A DNA stretch of 64,000 bases from Octopus vulgaris (Eukaryota): positions 103,106,001-103,170,000 of the forward strand of contig OX597818.1 of assembly GCA_951406725.2 (NCBI GenBank), given 5' to 3'. The notes beneath the pieces were generated by a model that saw only the letters and a program-made list of their open reading frames with translations, was not told the origin of the DNA and did no database searches. Below are positions 25,441 to 41,296 of the stretch, piece by piece (the stretch's first letter is position 1; the number at the start of each line of letters is the position of its first letter). The translations under genes were made by a program, and so were the position numbers.

Positions 25441-26257
25441 GGGGTTAGACAGGAGAAGGAAAGTGGGGGAGGTAACAAGGTAAAGATGACCTCCAACTCA
25501 GAGGAGCCACCAACACAAAGGTGCGTGTGTGTATAAGAGATTATGTATGTGCGTGTGAAAAAGGGCTGGTGGTCTGGACGTGTGTGTTTATGTATGTGTA
25601 GGTGTGAAGGTCACAATCCATACATATACATGCACACGCGCATATATATATATATATATATATATGCGTGTGTACATGTATATATGGATTGTGACTTTGT
25701 GTCTTCGTTTGTCCCACACTGCAGCTTCATATCTAGTGTTGCTGTTTTTAGACTCACGTCTAAAAGAGGTCACAATGAGTTTCAAGTGTGGAAAATAAAG
25801 GTGAATGTAATGAGGTGATCTTAAGCTAGCAAATATTTATATATTATATTAACATTTACAGAAGGATATTAGAAGCATGTAAGTGAAAAAAGGACAGCTA
25901 AATCAGCTTAAACCTTAATAGTGGATGGATTACTTTAACATACAAGAGAAAGTTTATAAGGACTTTTTCTAGCGTATTGCTAATGTGGTCGTATTAAAAC
26001 TATTCAACAATAAACCTGTACTCAAAATAATATATCATCAGGGTTGGAGTACATATTGAGTCAAAGCCAGAGATTAAAGGCTAAAAATAAGATATTTGTA
26101 TATCAGGTAAACTTATTTTAAAAACTTAAGAAAAATATTTTTTATATAAAAATTACCAACATTATGAAAACAACATGAAATGATATAAGAGGTATAAAAA
26201 TATAAAATATAAGAGGATATAAAAATACCACACATATATGCAAAGAACTATCGTATG

Positions 26258-26317
<60 letters not shown>

Positions 26318-26320
26318 CCT

Positions 26321-26620
26321 AATTTACAATATAAGGCCAAAAGAAAAATCCTAATGCCAAGTATGCCGAAAAAGTATGTCCTGCTCAGGACTTGGTGTTT
26401 GCTTTTTCCATGGGTATATATCTCGCGTATTTGCTGCTGAAGAGTAGAAAATTCTTATGAATTAACTCCGAAATTTGTCCAATGCGGTAATAACGAATTT
26501 TTTAGAAATTTGTATCGGTTTGTTTCGAGACGCATAAATTATAATGGTTAATTGACAATGTTTGTCTTTTTTTCGGCATACTTGGCATTAGAATTTTTTG
26601 TTTGCCCTTATATTGTAAAT
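26321..26620. repeat. Fold-back element (arms about 26321-26375 and 26566-26620) with internal CTGAAGA..GAAA..TC motif, between (TA)n tracts
   Basis: atttacaatataaggccaa..ctaatgccaagtatgccgaaaaa versus tttttcggcatacttggcattag..ccttatattgtaaat. Confidence 0.75.
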
Positions 26621-26716
26621 CATTTATAAATTCAACCTTTAAAGGTGTTTTTTGATATGCTGGCCATTGATAAAATCTTTTTCCCGAAAAAAATTTTATC
26701 CTAAATTAGTTATATG

Positions 26717-26792
<76 letters not shown>

Positions 26793-27450
26793 GGAATATT
26801 ATTCCAAACTTACTGGGAAAAGTTGAATTTAGAAATACTAAATGAAATTTCACAAAATATAATACATTCTACCAAATATATACGTTTTATTTATTATTTT
26901 GCACATTATTTAATCATTGTTATATGTTTTATCTTTGTATAATAGGTCATTTTTCTAAATGGTATAATATAAGTTTTCATTATTGAATTGATAAATGGTA
27001 GTTTTTTTATAATTTATATATATATATGCCTCTAAAACGTAATAGAATTTCTGAAATATATATATATATAGCACATTTATAAGTAAAAATATAAACACCA
27101 TATTGTATTATATTTTATCATGAGTTTTATTAAGAGAAGCTACACCTCCACCACAATTTAAAGAAATTTCACCTGTATATAAGTGGGTATATAGATATAA
27201 AAATACTATATTATAATATAAGATAAAATAATAAATAATATTAATAACAATGAATGAAAGACTAAAATGTTTTTTCAATAAAATTTTAATAAAAATTCAT
27301 AAAATAAACAAATAAAGTAAAGATAAAAAATTAAAATTGCAAAGCCATAAAATGTATAACGGATATGAAAAGAGATTAAAAAGTAAGGATAAGTCACGGT
27401 GTGTATAACAATAGCTAATTGAAAAATAAATAAAATAAGATAAAAATATC

Positions 27451-27518
<68 letters not shown>

Positions 27519-27694
27519 GTATATATATACACACGTGCATAGATACATATATGTATATCATGTATATATATTTATATATATATACATATATTATGTATAT
27601 ATATTTATGTATTTATATACGCATGTAGATATTTTCTCGGCCAACTTGGAAACGTCTGAACCACTCGTACACTTGTGTGCGGCTCCATACACTT

Positions 27695-28025
27695 GAGCAA
27701 CGTGAAATAAAGTGTCTTGCTCAAGAACACAACACGTAGCCCGGTCCGGGATTGGAACTCACAACCTCGTGATCGTAAGCTCGACGCTTCTAACCACCTT
27801 CTATATATAAGGGTCTAATGCAGCAAGGTGGCAGATCGCTAAACCTTAGGGCAAAATGCGCTTAACAGCACTTCCGGCTTTACGATCTAAGTTCAAATCC
27901 CGCTGAATTTGACTTTTCCTTTAATCCTTTTGTGATCGATAAAGTAAATACTAGTTCAGTACTGAGGTCGATGTAATCAGTTAATCCCCACCACCACGAA
28001 ATTGCTGTCTTCTGCAAAAAATTTA
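27695..28025. mobile_element. SINE D head fragment (minus, 27695-27797) and degenerate SINE B (plus, 27825-28025)
   Basis: Similarity to the 52699 and 55451 copies. Confidence 0.65.
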
Positions 28026-28037
28026 AAATACTGCATA

Positions 28038-28556
28038 CTGTAAATCCTCGAGTATAATCCGCATTTATTTCCCAAAATTTAAAGGTCAAAATACCTAGTG
28101 CGTACTATATACGACGTTAAAAATGAAAAATATTCTCTGAGCAATGTCCGAGTCTCTATTTGTTGTCTGGCTATGTTTATTCAGATGCATTTTGTGATAT
28201 CGGCTACGAAAATACCTTGAAAATACATGAAAGCAATGAAGTCATAAAAGAATAATCCATAACTTGCAGTAAGCAGCATTTATTAAACGTTATTACTGTT
28301 ATTATTGTTATTTCTTTATTTTCTACAAACAAAATGCACAAAAAGCTACACATTTGCATTATGTTATATATAAAGTAATAATAAAGGACGTTACCGTATA
28401 CATTTTTACAAACCAAGGACGTTATATAGACCTCCTTGACTCAAGTTAGAGAAGAGGTGTGTATTATACACAAGGTTTAGGTTTTTCAGAGGTACAGCCC
28501 CGTAAAGATCCTCTGCGTATTATAGTCAAGGGCGGACTATACTCGAAGATTTATGG
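28038..28556. mobile_element. MITE of Tc2/pogo (Tc1-mariner superfamily) type
   Basis: TIRs ctgtaaatcctcgagtataatccgc / gcggactatactcgaagatttatgg, TA on the left; no ORF; second copy at 31165-31681. Confidence 0.8.
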
Positions 28557-29508
28557 CACATGGTCACAATGAAAATTTTTGAAATGTAAATACGTGTTCC
28601 AAAATATAAATTTGGAAAGTATATATGCGAAACCCAATGCATAGCATTGCAACGTACACACGGCCACTAGTACGTAGCTTTGCAAGGAGTCTATTCCGGA
28701 GTTGCGGTAACACTGACGACACTTGAACAAAATAGTAATCTTTTGGAAGCAGTTAGTCATATCCAGAAATGCTAATATGTGTATTTTTTTGTTATCAACT
28801 TTCGTTTATCAGTTTCAGTTTTTGTTTACATCTTGATAAATATTATCAATAAATCATATTAAATAAGTTCTAAATAAGTTTGTAATATATATGGCCATAT
28901 TAAAGGTTATGAGACATTGTAGGTTGTTTTTTCAGCTCTTTTCAAATCTTCAGCAACATGAAGGAAATAAAGAGAAATATCAACTGCAATTAAAGAAATT
29001 TACGATGTTACGAAAATTATGATGCACTATATTCTAATTTTCTTTATTTCTGACATTTTCAATATACAGCAAAAAGAGAAAATACGCATTTTACATCGTG
29101 AATTTAATATCTTGGTTAAGAAAGAATTTATGACCAGTGCGGTATTTTGCCTTAGTAACGATGGATTGACTTGAAGATACATCGCACTAGCCACGAAATG
29201 ACCGGCAAAGTATATTGACCGAACAGCATACAGGCATATATACATACATATGTTCACATACACACACCCTTCCTTTCCTGAGCGTCCAATAACACTATAC
29301 TTGTTCCACGTCCTCGCGTTGTTGTGTTTTCTCTTTGTGTTTTCATGTTTGGATTAATTTTATATATATATATATACACAACGGGATTTGGTCGGCCCGA
29401 GCCTATACTAGAAGACACTTGCCCAAAGTGCCATGCTGTGGGAATGAACCCGGAACTATATGGTTGGTACGCAAGCTACTTACCAAACAGCCACTCCTTC
29501 GGCTATAT

Positions 29509-29561
<53 letters not shown>

Positions 29562-29648
29562 TATATATATATATACACACACATATATATATATATACAC
29601 ACATATATATATATATATACACACATATATATATATATATATATATTC

Positions 29649-30275
29649 TGCGTAAGTTGAGAAACGGTGACCAATAAAGATTTTGTAAATATGGACATAA
29701 GTTTTCACCGTATTTATTGACTATAGTAAGTACTGTAACATTGGGGCATTTAAGTGGCTAGTAGTAGGCGAGTGAATCGAACCTACGTCTCTTATTTTCG
29801 CGACAAATGTGCTAATTGATTACACAAGCATACCCACCTATTTGCGTTTCCTTAAATTTAAGAAATATGATTTGTTAGCTCTACGTGTGGAAACATGTGC
29901 ATGTCCTGCGTACGTTAAAAAAACGGTGACGAGTAAAAACTTTGCGGATCTGATTATAGAATTATAGAATTATAAGTTTCTTTCGTATATATCGATTTCT
30001 ACGCGTACCAAGAAGCATTATTCTCAGTCATGGTTTGATATGCCCCAATATTAGCATGTTTTCTATACCTAAAATATGCGGTGAAAGCGGGTAATTATAT
30101 TTACAAAATTTTCACCCGTCACATTTTTTTAACTTACGTAGATTAGGCACATGTTTTCACACTTACCGCTAAGACATAATAGTTCCTAAAAGTAACGGAA
30201 GGAACTCATAAGTATGATGGTGTAATCGGTAAGCTCACTTATCGGGAAAATGTGAGGTTTGAGTTCGATTCCAAT
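29649..30275. repeat. Old tandem-plus-inverted repeat with a tRNA-like A/B-box segment
   Basis: 29649-29752 inverts to 30040-30141 and 29770-29945 inverts to 30100-30275; tggtgtaatcgg..gagttcgattcc at about 30218-30272. Confidence 0.5.
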
Positions 30276-30478
30276 AAATTCTTATGGCCATTTCTTTCCG
30301 TCATGGGTTTAAGGCGGCGAGCTTGGCAGAAAAGACTGCCCCCACTCCTCAAAGGTTCCGGGCCTTCTACCTAGAGTAGAAAAGAATATTAGAATTTTAT
30401 ATAATTATAGGGTGAATAAGGCGGTGAGCTGGCAGGATTGTTAGTACGGCGTACCAAATGCTTAGCAGCATTTCCTCC

Positions 30479-30529
<51 letters not shown>

Positions 30530-30691
30530 TATATTATATTAAATTAGAGATAAAACCACTATTAGGCAAATCAAACAATGAAAAACATAAGCCAATACAT
30601 AAAATTAATTTAATTTATATTATTTTAAATATATATCAAAAGTATTAAAAGTTTAATAAAAGATAAAGAGTAAAACACTACGATCGTTTCA

Positions 30692-30731
<40 letters not shown>

Positions 30732-30990
30732 GAGTAAACACATAAATGTGAAACAAGGTGGAAAAAATAGTACTCAAATAACATTGGTAGAGTAATATGC
30801 TTTAAAGTATATATATATATATACTTTATTTTCTTTATTTTATTGTATATATTTATCGCTTAAAAATATTTATCTAAATATATGCATGAAGCTTACGTGT
30901 TTATATATATATGTGTGTGTGTGAGCCGTTTACTAATCCATAAGCCAGGATAAGTTGTACTCGTATAACTGTCAATAGCGTGGGCATAAT

Positions 30991-31156
30991 AATCGAAGTG
31001 TACAGTATTATATATATCCATTAAAACCAATCTTACCTATCTATTTTGCACTAGGGGTTACATAAGCGAACTGTTACCTAACACTACTGAACTCGCTGTG
31101 TAAAACCGATTGGTGAGATTGGATGTAATGGATATATAATACTGTGCAATTCAATT
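30991..31156. repeat. Short fold-back (arms about 30991-31044 and 31094-31156)
   Basis: gtacagtattatatatatccatta..ccaatctta versus tgagattgg..taatggatatataatactgtgc. Confidence 0.65.
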
Positions 31157-31164
31157 CATATATA

Positions 31165-31681
31165 CCGTAAATCCTATAATCAGCATTTTTTCCCCCGAAA
31201 TTTAAAGGTCAAAATACCTAGTGCGTACTATATACGGGGTTAACAATGAAAAATATTTTCTAAGCAATGTCCGAGTCTCTATTTGCTGTCCGGCAATATT
31301 TATTCAGACGCATTTTGTGATGTCGGGCGCGAAAATACCTTAAGCTAAGCCTGAAAGCAAGGGAGTCATAAAAGAATCATCCATAACTTGCAGTAAGCAA
31401 CATTTATTAAACGTTATTACTGTTATTACTGTTAATTCTTTATTTTCTGCAAACAAAATGTACGAAAAAGCTACATATTGGCATTATGTCATATATACAA
31501 TAATAATATAGGACGTTACCGTATACAGTTTTACAAACGAAGGACATTATATAGACCCCCATGACTCAAATTAGAGAAAGGGTGCGTATTATACACAAAG
31601 TTTAGTTTTTTCACAAGTACAGCACCCTAAAAATCCCCTACGTATCATACTCAAGGGCGGACTATACTCGAATATCTACGG
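31165..31681. mobile_element. MITE of Tc2/pogo type, second copy
   Basis: TA-ccgtaaatcc ... gcggactatactcgaatatctacgg-TA; colinear with 28038-28556. Confidence 0.82.
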
Positions 31682-31699
31682 TATATATATATATATATA

Positions 31700-31876
31700 T
31701 ATACACAAAATTAAGAGGAATGACCACTAAAGTGGACACCCTATATGTTAAACATAGACGTCAAATCACCATTACCACGAAGAATGTGTTCTCAAGAAAA
31801 ATAGTCTCATGAAAACGCCAAAATCTAAAAATGAGCAAGACAAATGAAAACATACGAAATATAAACGATTACCTAC

Positions 31877-31930
<54 letters not shown>

Positions 31931-32030
31931 AAATTAAGAGGAATGACCATTAAAGTGGACACCCTATATGTTAAACATAGACGTCAAATCACCATTACCA
32001 CGAAGAATGTGTTCTCAAAAAAAATAGTTA
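31700..32030 (+). repeat. Direct duplication of about 105 bp (31702-31806 and 31927-32028)
   Basis: acaaaattaagaggaatgacca..gtgttctcaa..aatagt occurs twice, each preceded by ctacgg(TA)n. Confidence 0.85.
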
Positions 32031-32609
32031 ATATCTACGTATATAAACACGCAGATATCTGCAAGATCATCAAAGTGAAGGCATTTGAAAAAATACACCC
32101 AAATATAATTTGTGGAACTTTATACTTCCTCGATTTCGGTTGAGCGTTCTGTATCTAGTTCTGGAAATTGTGTTTAGTAGGCGACAGACTACGCTATATA
32201 TTAATATATATCGTTGTTAAACAGTTGTATGTCCAGATTTTGCCAAATGCGTTTTTATCAATATGTAATTTTGCTTGCAAAAGTCGGTTCTTTTGGACAA
32301 ACTATCGTATCTCCAGCTGCTTCAGATACCAAGATAGGAAAACTGTTAAAGTGTTGTAAAACACTTTAACGTCTTTAAAAATTGTAGCATGCCCCAACTA
32401 CGACAGTTTTGCAAAAATATTTCCAACTGAAAATATCACACATGCATGGAGTTAAACTTTTCTGCACCCAACAAAGCCTTATTGTTAAGCTGAAACTGTT
32501 GTTTATGTAAAAGAGAATGGAATGGTGAAACTAACTTTTCGTTTTCTCAAAAAAAACAAAAAAACAAAGAAAAACAATGTTTTGTACTTACACTTTTGCA
32601 TAATAACAA

Positions 32610-32649
<40 letters not shown>

Positions 32650-33051
32650 TGCCTTGGGTTTGGGCTGGATGATGTAGACTGTATTAATATTAATACATAT
32701 TATAAAAGTAGCAAGGAGGCATGTACGGTGTGTAGATGTATCCGTATATATAAAGATATATATGGGTATTTTCTAATTTACTGAGATATCTGTATATTAT
32801 ATCTACATTATATTTTATTTTATCATATTGCACTAGATATTTCTCTCAAAAAAAATGATCAAGAATACACGTAAGAATGCATATAGGAATAGATATATGC
32901 ATATATTTTTTTTATTTTACTATCTGTTATTTCTATATTAAAAATTGTATGTATTTAACAGTATATGTATGAATCTATAAATATACAGGTATGTATATAT
33001 CTCGTTTTACTTTATTACACTATTTTTTCGCCCTCTTTCTCTCTCTCTCAT

Positions 33052-33110
<59 letters not shown>

Positions 33111-33221
33111 TATATGTTTATATAAATAAAGATACGACCGTTATTTAAATACCGATCTTATTAGGTGGCCAGCATGGGAATACAATCCTTCAATGGTAAT
33201 AATTATTATTAAAATGATAAC

Positions 33222-34070
<849 letters not shown>

Positions 34071-34082
34071 TATATATATATA

Positions 34083-34282
34083 ATCTTTTTTTCCTTTACT
34101 TGCTTCAGTCATTTGACTACGGCCCTACAAGTTTTAATTGAATAAATCATCTCCAGGACTTATTCATTGTAAGCCTAGTACTAATTCTAGCGGTCTATTT
34201 TGAAAAGCCGCTAAGTTACGGGAACATAAACATACCATGTGGTGAGACAAACACGGAAACAAATACACACACACATATATGC

Positions 34283-34290
<8 letters not shown>
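34083..34290 (-). mobile_element. SINE family A 3' half
   Basis: tttacttgcttcagtcatttgactacggcc..ccgctaagttacgggaacataaac is the reverse complement of the family A tail. Confidence 0.7.
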
Positions 34291-34314
<24 letters not shown>

Positions 34315-34368
34315 CTGCATATATGTATGTGTGTGTGTATGTGAGAGAGAGAGAGAGAGTGAGTATGA

Positions 34369-34407
<39 letters not shown>

Positions 34408-34570
34408 GCAATGAATATAAGTATATATATGTATGCATATATATATATATATATGTATATGTATGTATTTTTTATATATGTATGTATATGTATGTATATA
34501 TATATATATGTATATGTATGTATATATGTATATGTATGTATATATATATATATATATGTATATGTATATA

Positions 34571-34656
<86 letters not shown>

Positions 34657-36644
34657 GCGCAACACTCTAATTTGTATGTGGATAATAGAAAGACTGTTTA
34701 TGTATACGGAAGGTGGGTATGAGTACGTCTACTAACTTCCTTTTCTAATTGTTTGGAAAAAGGATATAAAAGCCAGACGGGAATCTATTAACATTCAATA
34801 GAGGTTAATTGGTGCGTAGAATGGAGCCAGTGGTTTCGTCGAGAAAAATAGAAGGTAATTTTAGATCCTTTAAACGAAGTAACAATTGATGAACAGAGAT
34901 ATGGTCAGTTTTAACCACTTTATCACTTTATGATCTGTGAACACCTAGTTCTTTATATTCATTCTGTTTAGCTCTTATTTCCTTGTAGTTTGACCATGAA
35001 GTTAGAGGTCAAAATTTATAGTTAACCTTATAGTCAACCTCTCTTTTTTATATTTATTTATTTTTGTATTTTGTCTGTCACGTGATCTACGGTTTTAGTT
35101 TGTTTTGTAAACTACTGACACAAAAAAAAACACTACTTTAGGTATATATTCTTACTCTGACTGAAATGACTGTAGGATCTAACGAAGGAATTAGTCAAGC
35201 AATCGACTGAGGAGGTGCATGTTATACCTTTGGCGCACGGAAATGATTACATAACATCTCACCAATCTAGTAAGATGTAAAATTGTGTCGAAACAATTGT
35301 AGTGGTTCTAAACAAAGAATGTTATTCCTTCTATTTTCTATCATTTATGTATTGCTATAAACTCCACAGATATTATGGAATTCCTGATGTATATCCAGTA
35401 GCATGAGCATTTCCATTGTTTGATGACATCAGGTGTCCAATAAGTGTGGAGCTTTGCATAACATACTATTAGGTGTTTACCTGTTTATTATATATATATT
35501 ATATATATAAGCGCGTGAGTGTGTGTGTGTGTGTGTGCAGACCATCACAGAAAGCGAGAGAGAGAGAGAAAGGAGTGAGAGAAAGAGACAGAGAGCGTGA
35601 ATTTCAAGATAAATCACAGATAATTTTCATGTGCAAGTTTAAAGTTTCCTTCGTGTACCTACAGATTTTCATTGGAAATAGAACGCACAGCTAACTACAA
35701 GCCTATCATTACGGATCTGAATTTCAACTTACCTTGTTCTAACCCTGGGGCTATTCATACACTGAGGCAAAATTAAGTGTGTATATGTAAATTACTTCCA
35801 AGCTTGTCCAGTAATATGCTATCAAAAGATATGGCAAATAATATGCTGTCAAAAGACATTTAAATGCAAATGATTAAAAGGAGAACTTCATTTCATTTCA
35901 CAAAAGTGGTTGCAAGTTATATCATACAACCATTTCTCTCTATTCTCATATATATATAAAACGGCTTGAACTTAAATGACACACAATTTATTCATAAAGT
36001 TTCCGTTGTGTGTTCCAGTTTTACGTTATTTTTAGCACGGAAATGATTGACAACTGCTTCAAAATCTCCTGGCCCACAACGTTCTGATGAGGGTTGCATA
36101 GGCAAAACGTCAAAGATTACTCAGCCACCTCCTTGAAAACATTATGTATATTTACCTGTGAGTGTGTGTGTATATGTGTGTATGAGTGTGTGTGTGTACG
36201 TTTGTATCTTAGTTTCAAATATTGGCACAGTGTTCAACTGGTAATTTTTTTATCGATCTTCAAGGGTGAAAAGTAAAGTCGATCCTGGTGGAGGCTGAAA
36301 TCTGAACGTGCAAAGACGGACGAAGACGCTAAGCATTTTGCGTGCGAACGATTCAGATTCGCCATCCTGTACATGTGTGAGTGGGTGCGTGTTTGTGCAC
36401 GTGCACGCGCGTGTGTTGCTTCCATGAATGTTTAAACCATATTAATCGAGATTAATATTAATGAAGTCTAAAGCAGAATTTTTATCTATCTAATCATAGT
36501 TCGCATATTAAAATATAACAAATAAAAAATCTGTTATAACAAAATAAAAATCAACATGTCGTTTATCTACATTGATATAAAGAAGTATGTATAACAATAT
36601 TTACATATATACATACATTATATATATATATATATATATATATC

Positions 36645-36793
36645 ATTCAAAGGAATTCCAACTCTGCCTGTTTTTTTATGTTTTATTTATATTCTTTATA
36701 ATGTTAATGTAGAATATTGAGTATATAGTATAAATAGTATACATAGTAAAATGAAAACATAAAAAAACAGACTAAGCTGGAATTCCTTTGAAT
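36645..36793. repeat. Short fold-back between (TA)n tracts
   Basis: attcaaaggaattcca..ctgtttttttatgtttt versus aaaacataaaaaaacag..tggaattcctttgaat. Confidence 0.75.
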
Positions 36794-36828
36794 AAAATAC
36801 ATCCCTCTATACAAAATCATACAAATCC

Positions 36829-36935
<107 letters not shown>

Positions 36936-37904
36936 TGTATGTATGCATGTATGTATATATATACATCGACATTGATATATATATGGGTATAGGCACATAT
37001 GACATGATTACATACTCATCTACACATGCACATGCGCACGTATGAATGGTATAATTGCATAAGAACTCAGGCAACATTGTATTCATTCATGTAAACAAGA
37101 AATGTAATCAATGAAAGTACACATGATCTCAACTTGTTATCAGTTCTAGGTATTTATATCATGTGCTTTATATGCTTCAAATAACGAATATATGCTATAT
37201 TTACCTTATATTAATTCACAGATGTCTGCGTGTGCGTGCGTATGTATACATATCAATTTATTTCTTCATTTTCCAAGCTGAGAATAAGTCCGTTTGTCAG
37301 TTACTTCAGCAGATGACGTTTAAACAAGGAACGTTGATAAAGAAGAAAACGAAATGAAAACACGAGGGAGATAACGAGCATTGCAATAAATAATGTCATA
37401 AGACATAATACAATGTTAATGGCTTACTATATGTCTGTTGGCCTATTTTTAGATTCTGCTAAAATGTATTTCTTAAAAATTGGACACAACAGATAAAATC
37501 TCGTTTCCAAAATTGGAATTTATGTGGTAGCTTGAGGCTCTTATGTTCTTTAAGAAATATATAACCTTTTATATACTGTCTAGCTTTGGAGATTATCTTT
37601 CATTTGATTTCGTAGTTGGTGCCTTCGTCTTTAAATCTCAAAATGAAAGCTGGTGATTTGTTGAAAAAGGGATACGAAATTTTAAAATGTGGATACGTAG
37701 ATTTTGACAGTATTACATCGTAATTTTATATGATCACGTCTATTTTAGGATGCAGAAAACCTAAATTGCTGGTGGCGAGCCAATGAAGGTAGGAATCACT
37801 GCGCTGAGTCTTTACATGATAGATTCTATAACCAAAGCTAAATATCCGTCAAATAACATAAAATCATAAATTAGGAAAATGTCGTTTCTAATATATAAAC
37901 AGTA

Positions 37905-38085
37905 TATATTTCTTTACTGCCCACAGGGGGCTAAACATAAAAGGGACAATCAAGGACAAAGGGATTAAGTCGATTACCACGACTGCAGTGCGAATGGTAC
38001 TTTATTTATCGATCTCGAGAGGATGAAACGCAAAGTCGACCTCGGCGGAAATTTTGGAGCAACGTGAAATAAAGTGTCTTGCTCC
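37905..38085 (-). mobile_element. Chimeric SINE fragment: family D core joined to family B body with Tx1-like tail
   Basis: Reverse complement gagcaagacactttatttcacgttgctcc / aattccgccgaggtcgactttgcg..tgtccctttatgtttagccccctgtgggcagtaaagaaata. Confidence 0.7.
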
Positions 38086-38347
38086 GTCTGCAGACAAATA
38101 CATAAGATTGTATATAATCCCACACGCGCATGGGGAAATTAAAAACAGCCTAATACACACCTGATGAATGAAAGTCTTTGCTTAATCACTTTTTCTGTTC
38201 ACAGCATTTTCAAAAAACGCATGAAGGGTTCTCATAACACGTATTTTTCAAAAATTGCTTTCGTTTCTTTCTATACGTTTTTATGCATTCAATATTACTT
38301 CCTCAAAGAAAAAAATATCAGAAAAATGCATTATTCAAATATTATGA

Positions 38348-38508
38348 TGCAGGAGTGATTGTGTGGTAAATAACTTGCTTACGAACCAAATGGTTCCGGG
38401 TTCAGTCCCACTGTGTGGCGCCTTGGGCAAGTGTCTTCTCCTATAGTCTCGAGCCGACCAAAGCCTTGTGAGTGGATTTGGTTAATTGAAACGGAAAGAG
38501 GTCCATCG

Positions 38509-38565
<57 letters not shown>

Positions 38566-38697
38566 TTGTGTATGTGTGTGTGTGTGTTTGTCCCCAACAT
38601 CACTTGACAACTAATGCTGGTGAGTTTACCTCCCCGTAAGTTAGCGGTTCGGTAAAAAAGAGACCGATAAAGTAAGTAGTAGGCTTACAAAGAATAA
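38348..38697 (+). mobile_element. SINE family A, 3'-truncated
   Basis: Colinear with the 12412 copy up to acaaagaataa. Confidence 0.82.
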
Positions 38698-39284
38698 TAC
38701 TTAGCTACGACCATGACCACTAACAACAACAACAATACTAAAGGTGATCAAGACGAAGATAGCAGGAAAATTATCTTATTTAGGGTTAAAAGTTCTATTG
38801 CCACCACCATCACCACTAGCAACAATAATTAAGGTGCTGACAATGATGATGATGACAATTGAAATATAAAAATATAAAAATCTCTGACAAAGGATATTTA
38901 CAACATTTCTAAAAATAACCCAACAATTGCTGCTTCGGCCAGGGTCAAGATACAGGACTCTTGACCTGTCCAACAAAGCGTGATGCCTAAACCAATCAGC
39001 TCAACCAACCAATCAGCTTAAGTAATTGAGTGATACTACACACTGATTGGTCAGAATACAGTTTGCAAAACCTAGCACTCTGGAGCCTACCCAGCTGTAT
39101 TTATAGCACAGAATCACTCATCTTGCTACAGTCAAAAATTGTGAAGCATGACTGTCAACAATAGAATCTACATGACGAGAAGTGCAAATATATGATCTCA
39201 ATAAAGCATAGAGTAAATCATACGGATATATATATATTATACATATACATAAATACGTGCATACATACATATATACACAACAAA

Positions 39285-39342
<58 letters not shown>

Positions 39343-40130
39343 CCGTCAACCTTCAGATAGAGAATCCACCCTTGTGATATATAGAAACATGTTAGGTGGC
39401 ATCATTGTAGTAGAGAGAAGATATATAAATATATTCACACACACACACACACACACACACGTGTGTATTCGACTGTCCACTAAAAATTTCCCATCTACTA
39501 AATCGTACTAACACCAGAGAAAACAAGATGACCATCGGAAGTTATAAGCGGAAAACATTTGTCCAATGTTTCGAGCCGCCAATTCGAAACAAGATTCACG
39601 TGAATGCAGAGCTAACTTCAGAACTTCACTTCCATACCATTTCCGTTATATGGGTATTTCTATGTAAATTTCGTACTTGGAAATCTAGTAGGTTCTGTGG
39701 TGCAGATCTCTTGTACATCGATATTTTTGGCCTTCAACGTAACATTTAACCGATGTATATTCTTAAATTCAGGTCCAAACCATGAAATTTATGTCCTTGT
39801 ATATTGCGTAAGGGATTGCTACATTTAGCAAATTCATCCAGTTTCAAAATATTGTGTTACAAATTTACAGTCATTCAGATACAATTCTCACAGATTGAGG
39901 TGTTGTGATGAAGCCTTAAAATGTTCTTCGACACCTCGTTATGTTTTGTGTCGGATATCTGCTACAATGTTATTATGAGAGTTTTAAAATTACAGTCGCG
40001 GTGTCCAATACATCATGACCAACGTGAATTTACAACACAACAAGCGTTCGAATATATTGCTGACGGAACTGAAGAAAAGCCTAAAAACTAATAAGCTGTG
40101 GCATTATTTCATTACTTATAATACATATAT

Positions 40131-40706
40131 ATTCTTCTCTTTTCCACTTTGAATACTGTTGTCCACTGTGGTCTTTCCACACGAAATAAAGTATCATGAA
40201 AATCGAAGCACTCAAAGGTCAACTACAAAAAAGATAAATGGCATGACAGGCCTTGACTATTGGGGTCAAACTTTATTCTCTCCAATGCTTCTGTGTGCGC
40301 TACATCATCTGCATGATGTGGGAAATATTCCATCAGCATTGCCCAAATGATGTTAACATCACTTTTAAGATACAACCGAGATTTGGGCCCCATGCTATAC
40401 GTCCACAACAAAAATCGTACTCGCATCACATAACAATACGGCACAACTATTTCATCTCAATTGGTCTCGCTCTCTTTAACTTTACCCCACAATACATTAA
40501 ATTGGAGTCAGACCTCATAAAGTTCAAGAAGTATTTGGATAAATTCCTTCAAAAAGTCCCAGATAAACCTCCTAAACTCGGACACGTCTCTATAAACAAT
40601 AACTCACTACTTTAGTGGGCCATGTTATCCAATTCCTGATTTGAGAGGCTTTGCCAGGTGGTGCTATTAAATTAGATATGACCTGGACCAATACTGGCTG
40701 AAACCT
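40131..40706 (+). mobile_element. Older 5'-truncated copy of the CR1-like LINE 3' end
   Basis: Aligns to about 3602-4212 (RYIICMMW.IFHQHCPNDV.ITFK, same 3' UTR) with indels; followed by (TA)n. Confidence 0.92.
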
Positions 40707-40708
40707 GT

Positions 40709-40749
<41 letters not shown>

Positions 40750-41106
40750 GTATGCGCAAATACACACACACACACACACACACATATATATGTGCATGTA
40801 TATATTTATATACACATACATATACATATATATGCGTGAATACACGCGCACACATATGCTTATATGGAGAATGTATAACCACACTACATTTTCTAAAACT
40901 GATAATTAAGGAATATATGACGCCATTATTTAAAATAATTGAACGATATATGAGTGCGTGTGTGTGTATGTTTGTGTGTGTGTGCATGCATACATGTTGA
41001 TTTATATACATACATAAATATATTTACATAGGTATATGTATATTCAGAGAGTGAGATGGGGAAAGGAAATGATACGCAAGTGTATGCCTATATGCATGCA
41101 TAGGCA

Positions 41107-41142
<36 letters not shown>

Positions 41143-41151
41143 CACACACAC

Positions 41152-41205
<54 letters not shown>

Positions 41206-41251
41206 GTATATACACACATATATACATATATATATATGTATATATATATAC

Positions 41252-41296
<45 letters not shown>

